This document shows positions 23,712 through 37,145 of a stretch of 64,000 nucleotides of DNA, one piece after another. This DNA is from Somniosus microcephalus. Its lineage: Eukaryota. The DNA lies in assembly GCA_052327205.1 (NCBI GenBank), contig CM126226.1, positions 45,508,001-45,572,000 of the forward strand, read 5' to 3'. Position 1 is the stretch's first letter. Each line of letters begins with the position of its first letter. Both the position numbers and the translations under genes were made by a program. The notes under the pieces were generated by a model that worked only from the letters and a program-made list of their open reading frames with translations, did not search any database and was not told the origin of the DNA.

Positions 23712-24844
23712 ATTCCAACACGATTCCAATGGGGAAAACTGGGAAAGGGAAATAAGGGGGATAGTGGCAGTGCCACCTTCGATCGGGGGGTGGGAGGCGA
23801 GAGGTGGATGGCAGGAGCCTGCAGTTAAAGCTTCTCCCGGCTCCATATTCACCGAAGAATGAACAGGTTTTGTTTCTGGTGGCAGCCTGAAGTTGACTCT
23901 GTTAAGGACCCTGTTAGGCCACATTGTAGACCTGGTTTTCCTGAATGCAGAATTGAGGTGTTTCTTCAAAAATTAAGGATGAATAAAATGGTGTATTTGA
24001 CACAAGTCTTCAGTCCTTTATATTCTTTGTAATAGGTGTAGGATTTCTTTATCTAGTATATTAATTAATGTTCTTTTTACCACTCCCTTATTATGGTTAT
24101 ATAACACACATGGTTGCACCATATCTGGATGGGTAGGGCTTGTGCAAGCCTGATGGTCTTTCACATGTAAACCCTGGGCAGACTTATCACAAAATCTTAT
24201 GCCACAGAAATTGGCCTTGGGTGTTGCTGAATTCTAGAGTTCCGTGCATAAAATTGGGATTTATGAAACTATCTACACAGGGCCACTTCTACTTTGTGAC
24301 CTTCGATGTGCACAGAGACCTGGTAGAGTAAAACCCTGAAAAGAAATAATAAAACTGAACTAATTGCACAAGGAAACATTTTCTTGGCTGATTGTGGATA
24401 TTAAGTTGCTAAGTGCCCTCTAGTGGCGTAGAATCAATGAAGGAACTTGGGTAGGATCTTTCCACCCTCAGGAAAATTTATGATGACTGACAAGTGCCAA
24501 AGGTCTGTTTGTTGGAGTTCATGATTTATTGGGATTGTTACAAACTGATCATTTTTCAGCAGTCTGTTTTTATTTCCCATCATTTATTCTGCCTGGTACA
24601 AAATACACAAGTAAACTGAGCAATGAGGTAGGTAGGATAAAAATAATCAGGGGCGATTGTTCAGAAATTAAGCTTTGACCCACAAAATGCTGAGTTGGAA
24701 AATCTGTAGATGTTACAATATCAGGAACTAATGAATGGCACTGGCCACACAAGTCGTGAGCATTATGTCAGCGGCGACACAAGGGTTTATTCACTGCCCT
24801 AATATATATTCTGTTTATATAATATGAAATAGTTTCAATTAATT

Positions 24845-25215
24845 TTTAAAAAACTTTTGCCCATTTCTCCCATGTTCTCCTGAAAGTGTTGACTCCTGCT
24901 GCACAATGAGGGCAGGTTGCCTTCCGGTACTTTATCCAAGTGGCCATTCTTTACAATGTGAGCCTGTACAGTTAATGCTGCCACTCTGTTGCTGGCCATG
25001 TCCGATTTTGCCCTTATCCACTGCCCATACATGCACAGTTTCCAGCAGGGGTCACTGGACAGCGATCAGCAGCAGGAAGCCTGGCTCTGATTTTGCTCTC
25101 CCTAACCCAGCATGATATGGTCAATTGTAGCATCGCTAGGGCTACCCCATAGAGACCAGGTAACTTGTTAGAGACCAGGAATAAAATGTGGGACCTTCTG
25201 GTTTGTATGCATCAG
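24845..25215 (-). mobile_element. tRNA-SINE (AmnSINE2-like), degenerate
   Basis: Same family motifs as 10900-11302. Confidence 0.6.
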
Positions 25216-25224
25216 CTTTTTTTT

Positions 25225-26430
25225 TAAATTCATTTTTATGGGATGTAGGCTTCACTGGCAAGACCAGCATTTATTGCCCATCCCTAATTGCCCTTGAGGT
25301 GGTGGTGATAAGCCGCCGCCTTAAACCGCTACAGTCCGTGTGGTGAAGGCACTCGCCCAGTGCTGTTAGATAGGGAGTTCCAGGATTTTGACCCAGCAAC
25401 TATGAAGGATCAGCAATATACTTCTAAATCAGGATGGTGAGAAACTTGGAGGTGGTGGTGTTCCCATGCGCCTGCTGCCCTTGTCCTTCTAGGTGGAAGA
25501 GGGCGCGGGTTTGGGAGGTGCTGCCGAAGAAGCCTTGGCGAGTTGCTGCAGCACATCTTGTAGATGGTACACACTGCAGCCACGGTACACCGGTGGTAGA
25601 GGGAGTGAATGTTTAAGGTGGTGGATGGGGTGCCAATGAGGCGGGCTGCTTTGTCCTGGATGGTGTCGAGCTTCGAGTGTTGTTGCAGCTGCACTCATCC
25701 AGGCAAGTGGAGAGTATTCTAACACACACCTTACTTGTGCCTTGCAGATGGTGGAATGGCTTTGGGGAGTCAGGAGGTGAGACACTCGCCACAGAATACC
25801 TAGCCTCTGACCTGCCCTTGTTGCCACAGTATTTATGTGGCTGGTCCAGTTAAGTTTCTGCTCAATGGTGACACCCAGGATGTTGATGGTGGGGGATTCG
25901 GTGATGGTAATGCCGTTGAATGTCAAGGGGAGGTCATTAAACTCTCGCTTGTTGGAGATAGTCACTGCCTAGCACTTCTGTGGCACGAATGTTACCTGCC
26001 ACTTATCAGCGACCAAGCCTGAATGTCGTCCAGGTCATGTTGCATGCGGGCACGGTCTGCTTCATTATCTGAGGAGTTGTGAATGGTGCTGAACACTGTG
26101 CAGTCATCAGCGAATATCCCCATTTCTGACCTTATGTTGGAGAGAAGGTCATTGATGAAGCAGCTGAAGATGGTTGGGCCTAGGACACTGCCCTGAGGAA
26201 CTCCTGCAGCAATGTCCTGGGGCTGTGATGATTGACCTTCAACCATCTTCCTTTGTGCTAGGTATGGCTCCAGCCAGCAGAGTGTTTTCCCCCCTGATTC
26301 CCATTGACTTCAGTTTTACTGGGGCTCCTTGATGCCACATTTGGTCAAATGCTGCCTCACCTCACCTCTGGAATTCAGCTCCTTTGTCCATGTTTGGACC
26401 AAGGCTGTAATGAGGTCGGGAGCCAAATGG
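25225..26430 (-). mobile_element. CR1-group LINE (family of 13612-14240) with RT remnant
   Basis: GVPQGSVLGPTIFSCFINDL, IFADD, INILGVTIEQKLNWTSHINTVATRAGQRLG in ORFs 25992-26246 and 25489-25965. Confidence 0.9.
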
Positions 26431-27399
26431 TTTCAGTTGCACACTGCATTTACTACCAGTAATCCTCAGTGAAACAATTTTACTTAACTTCTTACTAACT
26501 GCAGCCAGACAGTGCAAGATGACACTTGTAAGCCATTACAGTGGTGTTGAAGTAATAAAAAATTGACAGAAAACCCACCACTAACATTGGTCCGACACCA
26601 CATTAACATCTTTTTAAAAACTTTCAGGAAAGGAGGTGCATATTAAAAGCAATTGGCTAACAAAAAAATCACATGGTCTGAAGAAAAAAATATTTCCTGC
26701 AGAGCTCAGTAAACTACTTAGAATGGAGACACAATGCACATCGTCCAAAGAAAATAGGTAGATTTGATGTATTGGGAGCGCTGGCAACTTTTCTGCCCAT
26801 TTATTGCTGAGTGCAAAATGCTAATTTCTGCTCGTTACACTGGTATGTTTTAATTCGTTCAACTAACATTTCTACTGGATTGCTGAATGTATTCCTGGCA
26901 GTAAATTATGAAGCAGTATATCCAAATATTGGGTGATAGCATATCTGTGATAAGTGTTTGTGGTTGCTAGTCATATCAACTTAAGTGCCTTTATATCCAC
27001 AAATCTAGATATAAGGCTCTTATTTATTAATCTTTGTATTCAAATAAATATTTCCTCCAACTCAACAAACCCATTAGCTAAGCATAGGTGGCACTTGTGT
27101 TGTAACCTCTAATGAGTCTGCTACCCAGTTGCTGCTATCTGTCTGGAATATGTTTTGGTTCACTTTATGGTCCAGCTAGCCTTGTCCACAATACTCTGTA
27201 CTGTACCCTCTCTATTCTCCATTCATGGTTGTGCAGTTAGTTGACAAATTGTAACTGCAAGTTCATCATTGCTTACATATTCATATTATATTACATGATG
27301 GTTGCACTGGGATGTTGAAAAATAAATAATAAAAAGGACAGCTGAGGCAGCAAACAGTGCATACAAGTGGTACTGAGTAGATGTGGGCTACGAAGGAGA

Positions 27400-27640
27400 A
27401 GAATCAGCTTGGAATACCGCTCTTGATCGCTATCTGATCACTTCTAGAAAGTGCACGTGAGCATCCTAGGGCAAGATTGGACTTAGCTGTGGCATTCCTA
27501 TGGTTGAATGACCTGAAAATACTCAGGAAGAATGGCTACTTGCTTATGTGTGGTACCTGAGGATACTGGCGTCTGTGGAACCGTGCCTTAGCATGAGTAA
27601 GCATCTCAAGAGAGGAGCGGAGAAAGTTGGAGGGGGAAAA
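27400..27640 (+). mobile_element. tRNA-SINE body (AmnSINE2-like), partly duplicated at 28140-28284
   Basis: gctcttgatcgctatc..gaaagtgc..gaagaatggctactt..gtggaaccgtgc..aggag motifs. Confidence 0.55.
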
Positions 27641-30600
27641 AGATGTTAAAAAACAGTGAGGAGTTTGGGACAGAAACACTACTTCTGCGATAGCACTTAG
27701 ATAAATAAGCATTTTAACCAGAGTCCAACTTCAAACTGGGGAGTTTTGCAAAGTAGTAAGAAAGAACTTGCCTTTATATACTGCCTGATCAGCTCTGCAG
27801 GATATTCCAAAGTGCTTCACAACCAGCGAATTACTTTTGAAGTGTAGTTAGTGTCGTATTGACAGTTCATTAGGATATGCAGTCATCATTGCTGCTGCTA
27901 GAGAAAATTCTGTGGTGCCTCTCAATTCTGAGCTTGAATTCCTGGTCTGTTCACCCAGCAGGTGAAGCTCCATGTCATGAGTACAGATTTGTAAAATATA
28001 CCCTATTCTCTCAAGCTGATTGGCTGGGTTGGTATACATTCCAGTCAGTTTTGATTTCCGCACTAAAGGGACATTTTAAAAATGAAGAGAGTAGAAGTTA
28101 GTGAGAAATCTGAAACATATGTTTATTTAAAAAAAATGTCTCTTGATCGCTATCTAATCACTTCTAGAAAGTGCACATGTGGGCATCCTAGGGCAAGATT
28201 GGACTTAGCTGTGGTGTTCCTACGGTTGAATGACCTGAAAATACTCAGGAAGAATGGCTACTTGCTTATGTGTGGTACCCGAGGCTACTTCTGGAAAAAA
28301 AATCAAGTACAACTGGAGGGTATTCATCTCCTCACAGGTCAACAACCAGTGATTCATCTACTGTCTTCCAGTATGCTGTCCAATTTCAAGAGGCGAAAGA
28401 AAAAGCATTAACCTTACAGTAACACATTATACCAGGTACGCGACACAAGAAGCTACGACAACTAGTCTAGTGCTCATTATTACCACTGCATGGGCATAAC
28501 ATTAACTGCTATACAACATAGCTATTCCCTTACGTTCAACCAGAAACACGCAACAGGAATTGTTACTTGCATTTATTCACATTCTGAGCAGAATCAGCAT
28601 TCAAAGGTAGACTCTCGAACGAGATTATAAAATCCAGTAGATATTCCCATAGAAAATGTTAATTTTTAACTGGCACATTCTCCCTCACGCACATCAAAAT
28701 AAAAGTGGTATAACTATTAGGATCATGACAAAGGGATGGAAGCTTTGTAGCTGGGTTCAGCAAGTGCTGACTTTGACAGCAGTTAATGTTATTTACTTTC
28801 CCTCTAACTGATGCCACTCTCCAGTTTTCCCTTGATGAGATTTGGCCTCATGACACTCTTTAAAGGTTCTCAATGACTTTGATGTCATTTTGCAGTGTAC
28901 TCAGGCCACAAAATGGAATACCTGCATAGTGCCATAAGGTGCCGTATTGACCGTGCCCTTACTATGAGGTGTCCTCCGCTGACAAGCTTATCCACATGCC
29001 AACAACATTGTGTGTGGATTTGAGGAACAGGCAGCTCTTGAACCTCAAAGCCATAAACAAAAGGAACATGAAACAAAAGTCTCAATGTTATCATATTAGG
29101 ATGGCTGGAAAAATAAACATATCATAAAATTCATTTTTTTTTTGGCCCAGATATTATGGTAACTCAGTGCCACTCCCACACTTATATACAGGTTTTGTTC
29201 CGAAAGATTTTTCAGTAAATAACTTTTCTTGTAATGACATAAATGACAAAGGAAATGTCTTTCTCAGCCCTAAATGTTAACCTATAGTTTGTGTTAAAAT
29301 ATATATATATTAATGTTCCTTCAAAGCATGCTATATATCTGCAAGATTAAATGCTGAGAATGCCAAGAGCCTGATCCATGCAGTTAAGTAACGATGAAAA
29401 GATTGTGCACTGCCCGGTTGTTGGCTTCTGATTGAAATTACATTGCAGGAAGTGCATATGCCAAGTAAATAAAATTTAAAAAAACATATAATTGCAATCA
29501 GCAACATTACTCACAATATAACAGGAGTGTTGCATTCAAGTAAAATTACACAGTATAAAGAGCTTAGTGAGCTTATCATTTACACCTGCTTCACTGCAGT
29601 ACCTGCCCAGTAAAGTTTAAGCTGTTTTTATTTCGGCACCTCTTTAGTTCATATTTCAGGACGTTCCTAGTGTTAAAAATTCTAGCTCTCAGATTCCCTT
29701 ATCCTGGCGGCAGACTTAGAGACCCATGAGAAATTGGATACAAGAGTTTGCCGCTGGGACGAGGGAGCCAGATCTAGCAGTGTAAACACTGGAAGCTAGC
29801 TCACGAATGTCAGTCCTCCAGAATCCAAATTAAAATGGTGCTAATTCAGAGACTAACCTTTTATGAAGGTAAACCTTAGCGAATAAATAGGGAAAAAGTT
29901 GCTTTTATATTGTACTGCCACTACCACTGGCTCCAGACACACCATTCTCATGTAGCCTAGCAATCCCAAGGTAGACATGTTGGATTCACGAATGCTGGTT
30001 GCTGGTAAGACCAGTCAAAAAACAGGTGTTCCCGGTGGCTATTATTTTGGGATTGCTGCAGTTGCACGAGATCTATATATCAGACTCTAGCTGCACTTGC
30101 ACAACACAAAACCAATATAAAGCAGCTAAAGGTGCATTGATTCCTAATGGCCTGATAATGTAGCTGGGCTTATTTCTACAGTAAAGCCCCAGCAAAGTGG
30201 ATATTCTAATAAATCACCCCGTAGTAATATTGGATTTGGTCAGTTTTCAGTTCAGGCACATGAATAAAATTATATACTGTCCATTTTACTGTGAGGTTAT
30301 GCACATTTGATGAATGGAACAGCATGGGGAAGTCAAAGCCAGAGAGCCACTGTTATTTTACGTCCAACAGATATAATGCAGCACATTCTCCATTAAAGTC
30401 AGTGTGAGGCATCAGCTGACAAGAGCATCTGCTGCCTAACCAGAAGATCACAGTCGGAGTTGCAGGGTTGCCCCTTTACTCTAACCCAAATTGCTTGGGT
30501 GCAAACCTAATCTGTATTTGGCTGTGACCATTAGAGAGGCATCATAATTGAGACAGGACATTCTTCTTCCTGGAAAGGGAACAAAGAAAAAAGGTAGTGT

Positions 30601-30759
30601 AGTCGACCAGAAGCACACTCTGGGTCAATCAAAGAATGGCAAATGGTGACGACCATCCTGCTCTCCTGATATAAGATGGCACAAGGAACGGTCTGCCTTA
30701 TGAAAAATATAAAGGGGAAGAATGAGGATTAAGAGGTTATTTTAAAGATCTCAATATGG

Positions 30760-31115
30760 ATTTTTAAGTTCTCGGGATGTGGGTATCACTGGCAAGGCTG
30801 GTATTTGTTGCCTATCCCTGAGGTGGTGATGGTGGGCTGCCTTCTTATCAGTTTGATACAACTGAGTGGCTTTCTAGACTATTTCAGAGGGTAGTTAAGA
30901 GTCACATTGGCGTAGGGCTGAAGTCATATATAGGCCAGACCAGGTACAGACAGACGGTTTCCTTCCTTCATGAACTAGTTGGATTTTTTCAATGGCTTCA
31001 ATACCAGCTTCAGAATTCAAATTCTCCACGGTGGGATTTAAACCCACATTCACTGGATTATTAGGCCAAGCCTCTGGATTACAAGTCCAGTAATATAACC
31101 AGCACATACCATACC
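30760..31115 (-). mobile_element. tRNA-SINE (family of 7081-9262)
   Basis: Reverse strand ..ggttatattactggacttgtaatccagaggcttgg..ttaactaccctctgaaatagtc..gggatagg. Confidence 0.65.
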
Positions 31116-31419
31116 CAGCAGAGATTGGGGTCCTTACTGACAGTAGGTCTCTCCTAGCAAAGAGACAGTGGACCTCCCTATTTCAAGTTTAGAACTGTAA
31201 CTGGACACTTTTTTTTGGTAAGTTGTTTGAAGTAATAATGTAGCTTCCATGCATGGGTTCTGCATCCAGTCCTTTCAGAATTCATAACACAGTGAAAGGA
31301 TGATCTAGCTTAGGTAATGTTATTAATTCTGGAATAGTATTGGAAGAGTGCTTGAGTAACTGGCCTGATGTATAAAATCATAATCTCCCCTTTAGGAATA
31401 ACCAATATACAGAGCAAGT

Positions 31420-33606
31420 GAAAAAAGGAAAATGTTTATTCTGCAGTACAATGGACCCTAAACCATAAGCATCATACATTTAAAAAATAAAAACAAGAAT
31501 GCTATAGACAGAGGCAAGGACAGGTTACCTGCCCACCCTATTGATCGTGGAACTGCTCATAGCATGGACTGAGGAAAAGAGGTAGGAAAAATATTATTTA
31601 AAATAACTGTTACACAAAAACAGACCTACAGTCAAACTTTATCTTTTAAACTTGATTTGTCTTGGCAGGAATTCTGAAATATCTGCTGGGATATATGAAT
31701 TCTGACTTAAAATGAGCAGCCTGGAAACTGTTAAAAGAGATGTACTTTGTACTTAAAAAAGTTTTACAAGCCCTAAAATGCACAAGTACAGAGATGTACC
31801 CGAAGGCATACACACCTTCAGTATTTTTCTTTGTATGTATATATATATTTTAAATTAATGGATTATGGGATTGCAATCTTACCAATATTGTTAATGGACG
31901 TGGTGGCATTGATATGCAATCTTTAATACACAAAAACTTTTAAGAAGTTGGAGCAATAAATTTGTTCTGTTACATTAACTGAGCTACTAAGATGCTGCCA
32001 AGCTAGGTCACAATCCCATAATCATTAACTTCATTTATAAATAGAAATATAACTTTTTAAATTTAGAGGGGTAAGAGCCAGGCTTTATGGTAAATTGGTC
32101 TACAATATAATATTGTTGGGGTTTAACTTGCTGCTGAGACTTTTTACCACAACTCCCTATGAAGGAGATTGAAAAATGTTAGTCAGTCACCAGAGGCGAG
32201 AGGTAGCTCACACAACATAATAATGAGTACCAAAGTGTTCCGCTGCTCTCATAAGTCCCCATTATTATAATTAAAAAACATATATAAAACACAATTTACT
32301 TAACAAAATAATAAACTTGTAGTTGCAAACAGAGTACTGCATTGGGTTAAATATGGAGACTATTTTCACCAAAAGACAGACCTGGACTCACTAGGCTGAT
32401 GGCCAATAATCAGCCACTCACAGTGAATAATAAGCTATCAGGCCAGCGAATTGATGGAAAAGTTTCTCCCCATTTCACCACTTCTCCAAATATTTTCTAC
32501 ATGTTAGAATTTACCATTTAACAAATGCTGGTATAAAAAAATAAATATCGACATATACAGGGCGAGCTGTGGATAACTGGTGGCATGTTGGAGAACATCC
32601 CATTTAATTTACTTTGCGGCAATGATCACCTTATAGTTAACACTGAAAACATATCAAAATTGTAAGTGAACTCGCCATTCATGTTAGATCTTACAAAGCA
32701 AAGCCACACTATTTCTTTGTTACATAAACAAAATTGTCTTTACTCAGCACTGAATGCAGAAACACCTTATTAATGTCGTGATCAACAGACTCTTAAATTG
32801 TAAAAAAGCACGCAAACCCTCATATCTTTGGCTATAGTAGATGCATCCACTAATTTTAAATACTTCATACAGCAAGTGCTGTTCCATCAAAATTTACTCA
32901 ATGCACATGAGTTGTGCCAGTGAAATCTTAGGCAAACCCCAGCATAATAGAACATCAAAGGTTCTGCAACGTTTTTGAATTTACAAAATTGCTGCAATAA
33001 TATTACTGCCATGCAAAATAAATAGGAAACAAAAATATGATGGCTTTGAACTTCGGAGTTGCAGTACCACATTATTCCTGCTGGTGGTACTGCTGCCGAG
33101 TCTACAGAATCCTCCACCGCCAGAAGCTGAGCAGTGCCACCAGCACACTTTTAGCAGTACTGCAGCTGTTCGTAACGTGCATGTTAAAACACATTTGCAA
33201 AATGTAATGGTCATAATTTATCTTTTCATCTTAAGAACATGCAGTACAGCTAATGATAAAATTAATGGGCTTACAGTATTCTAAGTCAAATATTTCTGTT
33301 CTCTTTTTTTCTAAATGCATCATCTGGATAATCATTCAATCTTAACAAAAGAAAATTAAGCTCATTTGTTTATCAGTTCCAAGAAGAGGCACTTAAAAGT
33401 ACATATATAAATACACGCTGACAAATAACAGTGTAATTTTTAAAAATTATTTTGTCTGGTTAATAAATTAATCAGTCTTTATAAGGCAGTTTTTTTGTAG
33501 ATGTTTGGTTCATAGAGCGGCACTGCACAGGGATCCAGAGGCAAGCTGGGACAGAACAATTCTCATTGCAGACGCAGGCAGAAGCTTTACGTAAACAGAA
33601 GTAATT
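31420..33606 (-). other. ptpn11b: Candidate non-coding terminal exon (3' UTR) of the PTPN11-like gene
   Basis: Strong minus-strand acceptor cctatttttgttctcttcag ending at 33607; TE-free AT-rich body; AATAAA(-) at 31435-31440; donor gtatgt at 36150, 22 nt after the stop. Mirrors the non-coding last exon of PTPN11. Confidence 0.45.
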
Positions 33607-33879
33607 CTGAAGAGAACAAAAATAGGAGATTAAGGTGACAGCATTATTGTGGTTACTGTTGAAATTTAAAGGTGGGGCAGGAGGAACTTAAATGTAGGAA
33701 AACATATTAAATAACAAATCTGATGTCAAACAATCGTTATTGTAAATTCTTATATGACTAAATACTTCATCATTATACAGGATGCACATCACATGTGATA
33801 TGAACAATTACAAAGTCTGCTACGTCGATTCAAAATTAGTTCATGGTTCATTTATAGCACAAAAAAAAGAGAAGTTGAT

Positions 33880-36010
33880 AGCAACATTAACTTACATTTG
33901 TAAAGTGTCACTTAAGTATGTGAAGGTGCTTAACAATGAAGGTAAAGGAGATACCAAGTAGGAGGAAAAGAGATTATAGTGGAGGTGTGGGGGGGGGGGG
34001 GTGGTGGCGGTGGCATGGGGACCAAATCACAGTAGAAGACAGAGGTTTTAAAAATACTTTTGAAGGCAGTGAGATAGAGTGGGTAGTGAACAAAGGATCT
34101 ACCACTGTTTATAGGGTAGAGAGAGTGAAGGTAAAGTAAGCCAGAGGAACTGAGGGTGTGGAGTGAGGAAATAGCCCAGTCAGTAATGAAGACTTGAGAG
34201 GTAGTGAAATTGCAAGGTCAAGGAGGAGGCCATGTGTGTGGGTGGGGGAGTTTTTGTGAAGAGGGAGGTCAGTGAAGGAGAGGACAGAGCAGGATGACTG
34301 CATGTGGAGGTTGAAGTCTGCAAGAAAAAAGAAAGAGCCACTCAGTGTAGAGACTGAGTGAGGCCCAGATAGAAGAGACTGCAGTGAGGAACATAAACAG
34401 GGTTGTAGACAATGAGAACCGTAAAGAAGAGATGGGAGGAATAGTAGGGATGGTAAAGGATGAAATGCACAAATGAAGAGCTGGTGGAGTAAAGACATAG
34501 GGGGTGATTTTCATTCAGAAGTCGGGACGGAGGCGGGACTACAACTTTCGGGGTTGTAGTTCCGCCTCCATCGAGATGTGGCCAATCCACGCGATTTTGA
34601 CTTGATTGACCTTGTTGAGCCCGGCCAGCGGGCTCAGCAGGCCAATTAAGGGCCACCCTGCAACAGGTGACGTCACAGGCTGAAATTTCATCTGTCAAGA
34701 TGTTTTGACAGATGAAATATCAGTGTTTGACAGCTGCTTGAAGCTGTCAAACACTGAGTCTTACTTCTAACCTGAGTCCTTCTACACAGACTCAGTTAGA
34801 AATCTCACCGGCACAGAAAGCTGCAGGCTGTCACTTTTGACAGTTCACAGCCATTATGCTTTCAGTGCCGGTTAGATGATGGACTCCCGAAACCTAGAGG
34901 AAGGAAGGCTGAAAAGGCAAGTACAGGTAATTTAAACTTCTTTACACACTTTAGACACACCAAGCACACTTACCTTTGCACTTATGCACCCATCACTCAC
35001 CTGAACACCGACATCTCGAACCCTCCAAGTCCTTCAACCCGACACCTCTAACTTGGTGTAGTTTGGAGCCGTCGGGAATTCCACACTTCAAGCTTTAAAA
35101 TAGGGATTAGGCTAAAAACTGCCTGTTAACTAACAGGCAGTTAATTGGCACTAATCCCTTCCCGCCTCGGGTAGGCGGGTCCCAGTGCAGGGCGAGTACC
35201 CGCCGTCTTTGAAACTGGCATGGAGGCGGGTTGGGGGCGGGATGGTGTCGGGACCCCCGAATTCGTGACTTTAACCCCCTGCACGCCTCCAATCCCAACT
35301 CCACGGGTCAATGAAAATCGACCCCATAGGCCGAAATGGGATTTGGAGACGACTGCCTGTCCATGGTGGTTTGGGTGGGAGATATGGTGGAACGAACGGC
35401 TAGGCAGTGAGCCTTGGTAAAAGTTGTCATCAATAAGGCAGGTCTCAATAAGGCCATGATGTTAATGCTCACCTCCAGCAGAGAGTTGGGGAGAGTCTTG
35501 TTGGTAAGGGAGCAAACATTCTACAGAGAGGGGCCAAATAACTATAATCCCAGTGGATTGGGTTGGAGAAGGAGTCTGAAGGGCCAGGGGTATTTGGTGT
35601 GTTGGGAGGAGAGAAGGGGTAGGGAGAAAGCTGGAGAGGTTGACCTTCAGGGAGCATGGCAGGTGGTTGAACGCCAGGAGTGAAGAAAGAGGCAGAGTTT
35701 GAGAGACTGCTTGGAGTAAGCCAATGGTGAATACCATGGCGAGCATGGCAGAAGATGCCCAGCTAATAGTGCCTGCATCAATCCAGGGGAAACAGGGTAG
35801 AGGCAACATAGGGGTTCAGTGGGAAAATAGTGGAGTAAAGACAGGAAGATCTAAATGGACATGGTGTAATGCAGAAGGGAAGGGGGCACTGAGGAAGATA
35901 CTAGATTAGTAAAACCACAAGATGAGGTGGAGAGCAGATGTGCCAGGGATGAGAGAGATAGAGAGGCAGAGAACTTAGATCTGAAGGCAGCATCCAAAAT
36001 ATTAATGCTG
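33880..36010 (-). mobile_element. Old L2 LINE, interrupted by a Harbinger element
   Basis: Purine-rich plus strand; minus strand has L2 endonuclease-like remnants (LADFNLHM, PTHTHGLLLDLAIS, IVIWPLSVEC). Confidence 0.6.
34500..35325. mobile_element. Non-autonomous PIF/Harbinger-like element
   Basis: 16-bp TIRs gggggtgattttcatt / aatgaaaatcgacccc (14/16), ATA TSD at 34497-34499 and 35326-35328. Confidence 0.8.
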
Positions 36011-36172
36011 GTAGACAAGGAGCATTTTACAACAATGTGGGTGACAACACTTATGTCATAGTGCCACTTGAAAAAATAGGATGTGCACATTGTAAATAAG
36101 AGAGAAAGTTTTTAAATTACTTGTATTGCTAGTGTGCTTATTATACATACAACCTCTCCACTCTTGGTGCTT

Positions 36173-36257
36173 TTATCTCTTTGTGTTGCTGCTTCCTGAT
36201 GATTTGGGACTTTTGATGTTTAAATTTTCATAAAGACACGATGGCTCTTCTTTCAAC
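36173..36257 (-). CDS. ptpn11b: SHP-2-like phosphatase, last coding exon (PTPN11 exon 15 equivalent)
   Basis: (V)LKEEPSCLYENLNIKSPKSSGSSNTKR*; acceptor cctcctattctgaag; phase fits the previous exon; YEN is the Y580-equivalent motif. Confidence 0.8.
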
Positions 36258-37145
36258 CTTCAGAATAGGAGGAAAACAATGATGACTTTTAATTTTTTTT
36301 TGCATGATTTCATGAACCTATCTATAAATTGCCCAACATAAGAGGACTGAGGGTTTTGTAAGTCATTCTCTCCCTCTCTCTGTACTTGGACAATTACAGC
36401 ATATTTCCTTGTGGGCAAAGTCCCACAACTCAGAATTGCGCACAATGAAGCACTAAACTGGCAAGTTCACTCAAAGAAACCATTAGACACTGATGCTCTG
36501 AGCTTGGGGTTCAAGTACATTACTGAGAAAACTTTACTTTAACTCTGATTCTGCTGTCTCTAAATGTGGATGTACACAGGAAATGCTGGATTCCACAGTG
36601 CAATATCCTCATTCACATAAATTCACAAGAAATATTTGAACCTATAACTCTATATACTACCAATCAGTGACTGTATATGACGCAATCATTCAGAATTTGG
36701 TGTTGCAGACCCCTTATATTCAATCTTCCCTATGTGGACACTATAAAACTTTGTAGACTGACAATGTTACACGTCAGAAAATACATATAATGGCCCAAGT
36801 CCATGCTATAAAATTGATCAAAATTTAGCACTAATTTAAATCTCACTCAGATATGCCACAAGATAAATAGTGCAGGAAGTGGAAGTGATTCACTGGTCCA
36901 GTAGGAGGTTAACTCCACACCTAATGTGGTGTACCTAACCTGGTGACTGCTTGCCATGCATAATTGGGGGCAAAAAGAGGAAAATGCACCTTGAGACCAC
37001 AAAATAAAGAAACAAAATGCCATCCTGCAGTCCTGATAAAGAATACATTATTGTACAAAAGTTTAACACATTTGTATTAAATTCACCTGTCTGCCACTTT
37101 ATCAGTGGATATAAAGAACATCATATTGTGCTTTCCAGGCCTGTA

